DNA of 64,000 nucleotides from Bdellovibrionota bacterium (GTDB lineage Bacteria; Bdellovibrionota; UBA2428): NCBI GenBank assembly GCA_035539375.1, contig DATLIP010000086.1, positions 16,848 to 80,847 of the forward strand, read 5' to 3'. Shown piece by piece: positions 62,783 to 64,000 of this stretch (position 1 is its first letter; each line of letters starts with the position of its first letter). The notes under the pieces were generated by a model. It saw only the letters and a program-made list of their open reading frames with translations, ran no database searches and was not told where the DNA came from. The position numbers and the translations under genes were made by a program.

Positions 62783-63567
62783 AGTTCAGCTCCACTCCAG
62801 AAACGGGGTACTTTGTAAGCTTTGTGGTTTTTGTTTGCCGGCAAGGTGCCGGAGATGAGTTCGAGGACGCGGCCACCGAAATCGCGCACCAAGCCCATGT
62901 CGTGGGTGGCGAGCAGTACGGTGGTGCCTTTGCCTTTGATCTCACGCAGAAGTCTGACGATAGACCTTGCGGTCTGCGGGTCAAGGTTCCCTGTGGGTTC
63001 GTCGGCGATGATGAGCGAGGGGCAGAGCACGAGCGCTCGCGCCAGAGCCACGCGCTGCTTTTCGCCGCCGCTCAAGGTTTGCACGTTGTGTTTGGCGTGG
63101 TTCTGCAGCTGGATGGTCTCGAGGATCTCATCCACACGGCGCGCACGCTCTTTGGAATTGATATTCTGCAGGTGTAGGGGAACTTCGATGTTCTCTCGCA
63201 CGCTCAGAGAAGGCAGCAGTTTGTAGTCTTGATACACGATGCCGATCTCGCGACGCAGTTCGCGACGCTGAGCCTCGCTCAGTTTGTGCACGGCTTGGCC
63301 GAGGGTAAAAACCTCACCGGCCGTAGGGGTGTCGAGCCCCAGGACAATTTTCAGAAGCGTCGATTTGCCCGCGCCCGATTGTCCCGTCAGAAAGACGAAC
63401 TCGCCCTGCTGAATGCGTAGGGACACGCGCGAGAGCGCCTGTACCGAGTCCGTGACTTGTTCTTTGCCGCCCACTTTGTTCGTCGCGCGGAACTCTCGGT
63501 CCACATCCTTCAGCTCGATCGAAAAATGGCTGAATGCGGATTGCCCAGCTGATACCATTGAATTCAT
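62779..63567 (-). CDS. ftsE: Cell-division ATP-binding protein FtsE
   Basis: Walker A GQSGAGKST, signature LSGGEKQRVALARAL, Walker B LIIADEPTGNLD. Confidence 0.92.
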   Translation of the reverse strand: MNSMVSAGQSAFSHFSIELKDVDREFRATNKVGGKEQVTDSVQALSRVSLRIQQGEFVFLTGQSGAGKSTLLKIVLGLDTPTAGEVFTLGQAVHKLSEAQRRELRREIGIVYQDYKLLPSLSVRENIEVPLHLQNINSKERARRVDEILETIQLQNHAKHNVQTLSGGEKQRVALARALVLCPSLIIADEPTGNLDPQTARSIVRLLREIKGKGTTVLLATHDMGLVRDFGGRVLELISGTLPANKNHKAYKVPRFWSGAEL

Positions 63568-63599
63568 CCCCCCAAAGTCTTATTGTAAGAATCTTTTCG

Positions 63600-64000
63600 A
63601 TGGCGAACAAGACCTTTCAGAGAATGAAGCAGCTCAATGAGCAACTGCAGGATTGGGCCTACGCCTATTACGTGCTCGACAATCCCAAAGTGCCCGACGC
63701 CGAATACGACGCGCTCTTTCGCGAGTTGCAAGCGTTGGAGGCCGAGCACCCCGAGCTCAAAGTTCCCGATTCGGTGACTCAGAGGGTGGGCGCCCCGGCG
63801 CGGGTAGAGGTGGCCAAACACTCTCACTTGGTGCCCATGCTCTCGCTCGCAAATGTCTTTGATTTCGATGGTTTAGATGACTTCATGGGCCGCTGCTCAC
63901 GGGCCCTAGACATCGACGTGGCCAAGCTCAAATGGGTGGTGGAAGAGAAGATGGATGGCCTCGCCATGAGCCTCAGCTACCAGGACGGCGTGCTCGTGCG
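63600..64000 (+). CDS. ligA: NAD-dependent DNA ligase LigA, N-terminal part (runs off right edge)
   Basis: Hand translation: MANKTFQRMKQLNEQLQDWAYAYYVLDNPKVPDAEYDALFRELQALEAEHPEL...VVEEKMDGLA, which includes the KxDG adenylation motif. ATG 63624 is an alternative start. Confidence 0.9.
   Translation, partial: MANKTFQRMKQLNEQLQDWAYAYYVLDNPKVPDAEYDALFRELQALEAEHPELKVPDSVTQRVGAPARVEVAKHSHLVPMLSLANVFDFDGLDDFMGRCSRALDIDVAKLKWVVEEKMDGLAMSLSYQDGVLV

Noticed and set aside
1-64000. Checked for CRISPR arrays, rRNA, IS elements, transposases, integrases and phage genes.
   Set aside because: I saw no direct-repeat/spacer periodicity, no rRNA-like conserved stretches, and no DDE, tyrosine- or serine-recombinase-like ORFs in any frame.

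Overview
The window is gene-dense (roughly 90% coding) and chromosomal, from a moderately GC-rich (mid to upper 50s % by eye) Gram-negative bacterium. It carries a gldA/gldF/gldG-like ABC module, an Flp-type pilin module, a sigma-54 activator and many signal-peptide or lipoprotein genes of unknown function. Its Lon, DnaK and LexA look deltaproteobacterial. Together these suggest a Bdellovibrionota/Oligoflexia-like or Myxococcota-like organism, but that is inference only.

Housekeeping blocks, left to right:
- M16 peptidase (partial) and hemW
- alkD-like gene
- grpE-dnaK-dnaJ
- lon
- UDP-glucuronate decarboxylase, recO, DUF192
- lepA, crcB
- pyrB-carA-(unknown ORF)-carB-greA-recG
- tatA, bcp, ndh, tsaB
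- gldG/F/A-like ABC system
- lexA
- response regulator / binding protein / histidine kinase operon
- ftsE-ftsX-envC-like-ctpA-pspC-like operon
- ligA (partial)

I saw no rRNA, tRNA, CRISPR array, transposase or integrase. Between the core blocks lie small islands of secreted or unknown genes.

Items most worth follow-up:
1. A signal-peptide protein of about 563 aa whose last ~100 residues look like a RelE/ParE-fold toxin (38847-40538).
2. An orphan Flp pilin/TadE/SAF module with no assembly machinery in the window. It sits next to a sigma-54 activator reduced to its AAA+ core (21031-25079).
3. Two copies of a CCATAC-N4-GTATGG palindrome at the lexA promoter. The adjacent promoter-to-terminator interval has no ORF (55016-55298).
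4. A DOPA-dioxygenase-like gene followed by two tandem paralogous secreted two-Cys proteins (16419-17865).
5. A secreted lytic-transglycosylase-like protein translationally coupled to a secreted helical protein (13315-16328).
6. An unknown ORF overlapping both carA and carB.
7. A small family of perfect palindromes sharing CCAGGTA.

All functional calls come from motif recognition by eye in the supplied translations or my own hand translations. No database search was run.
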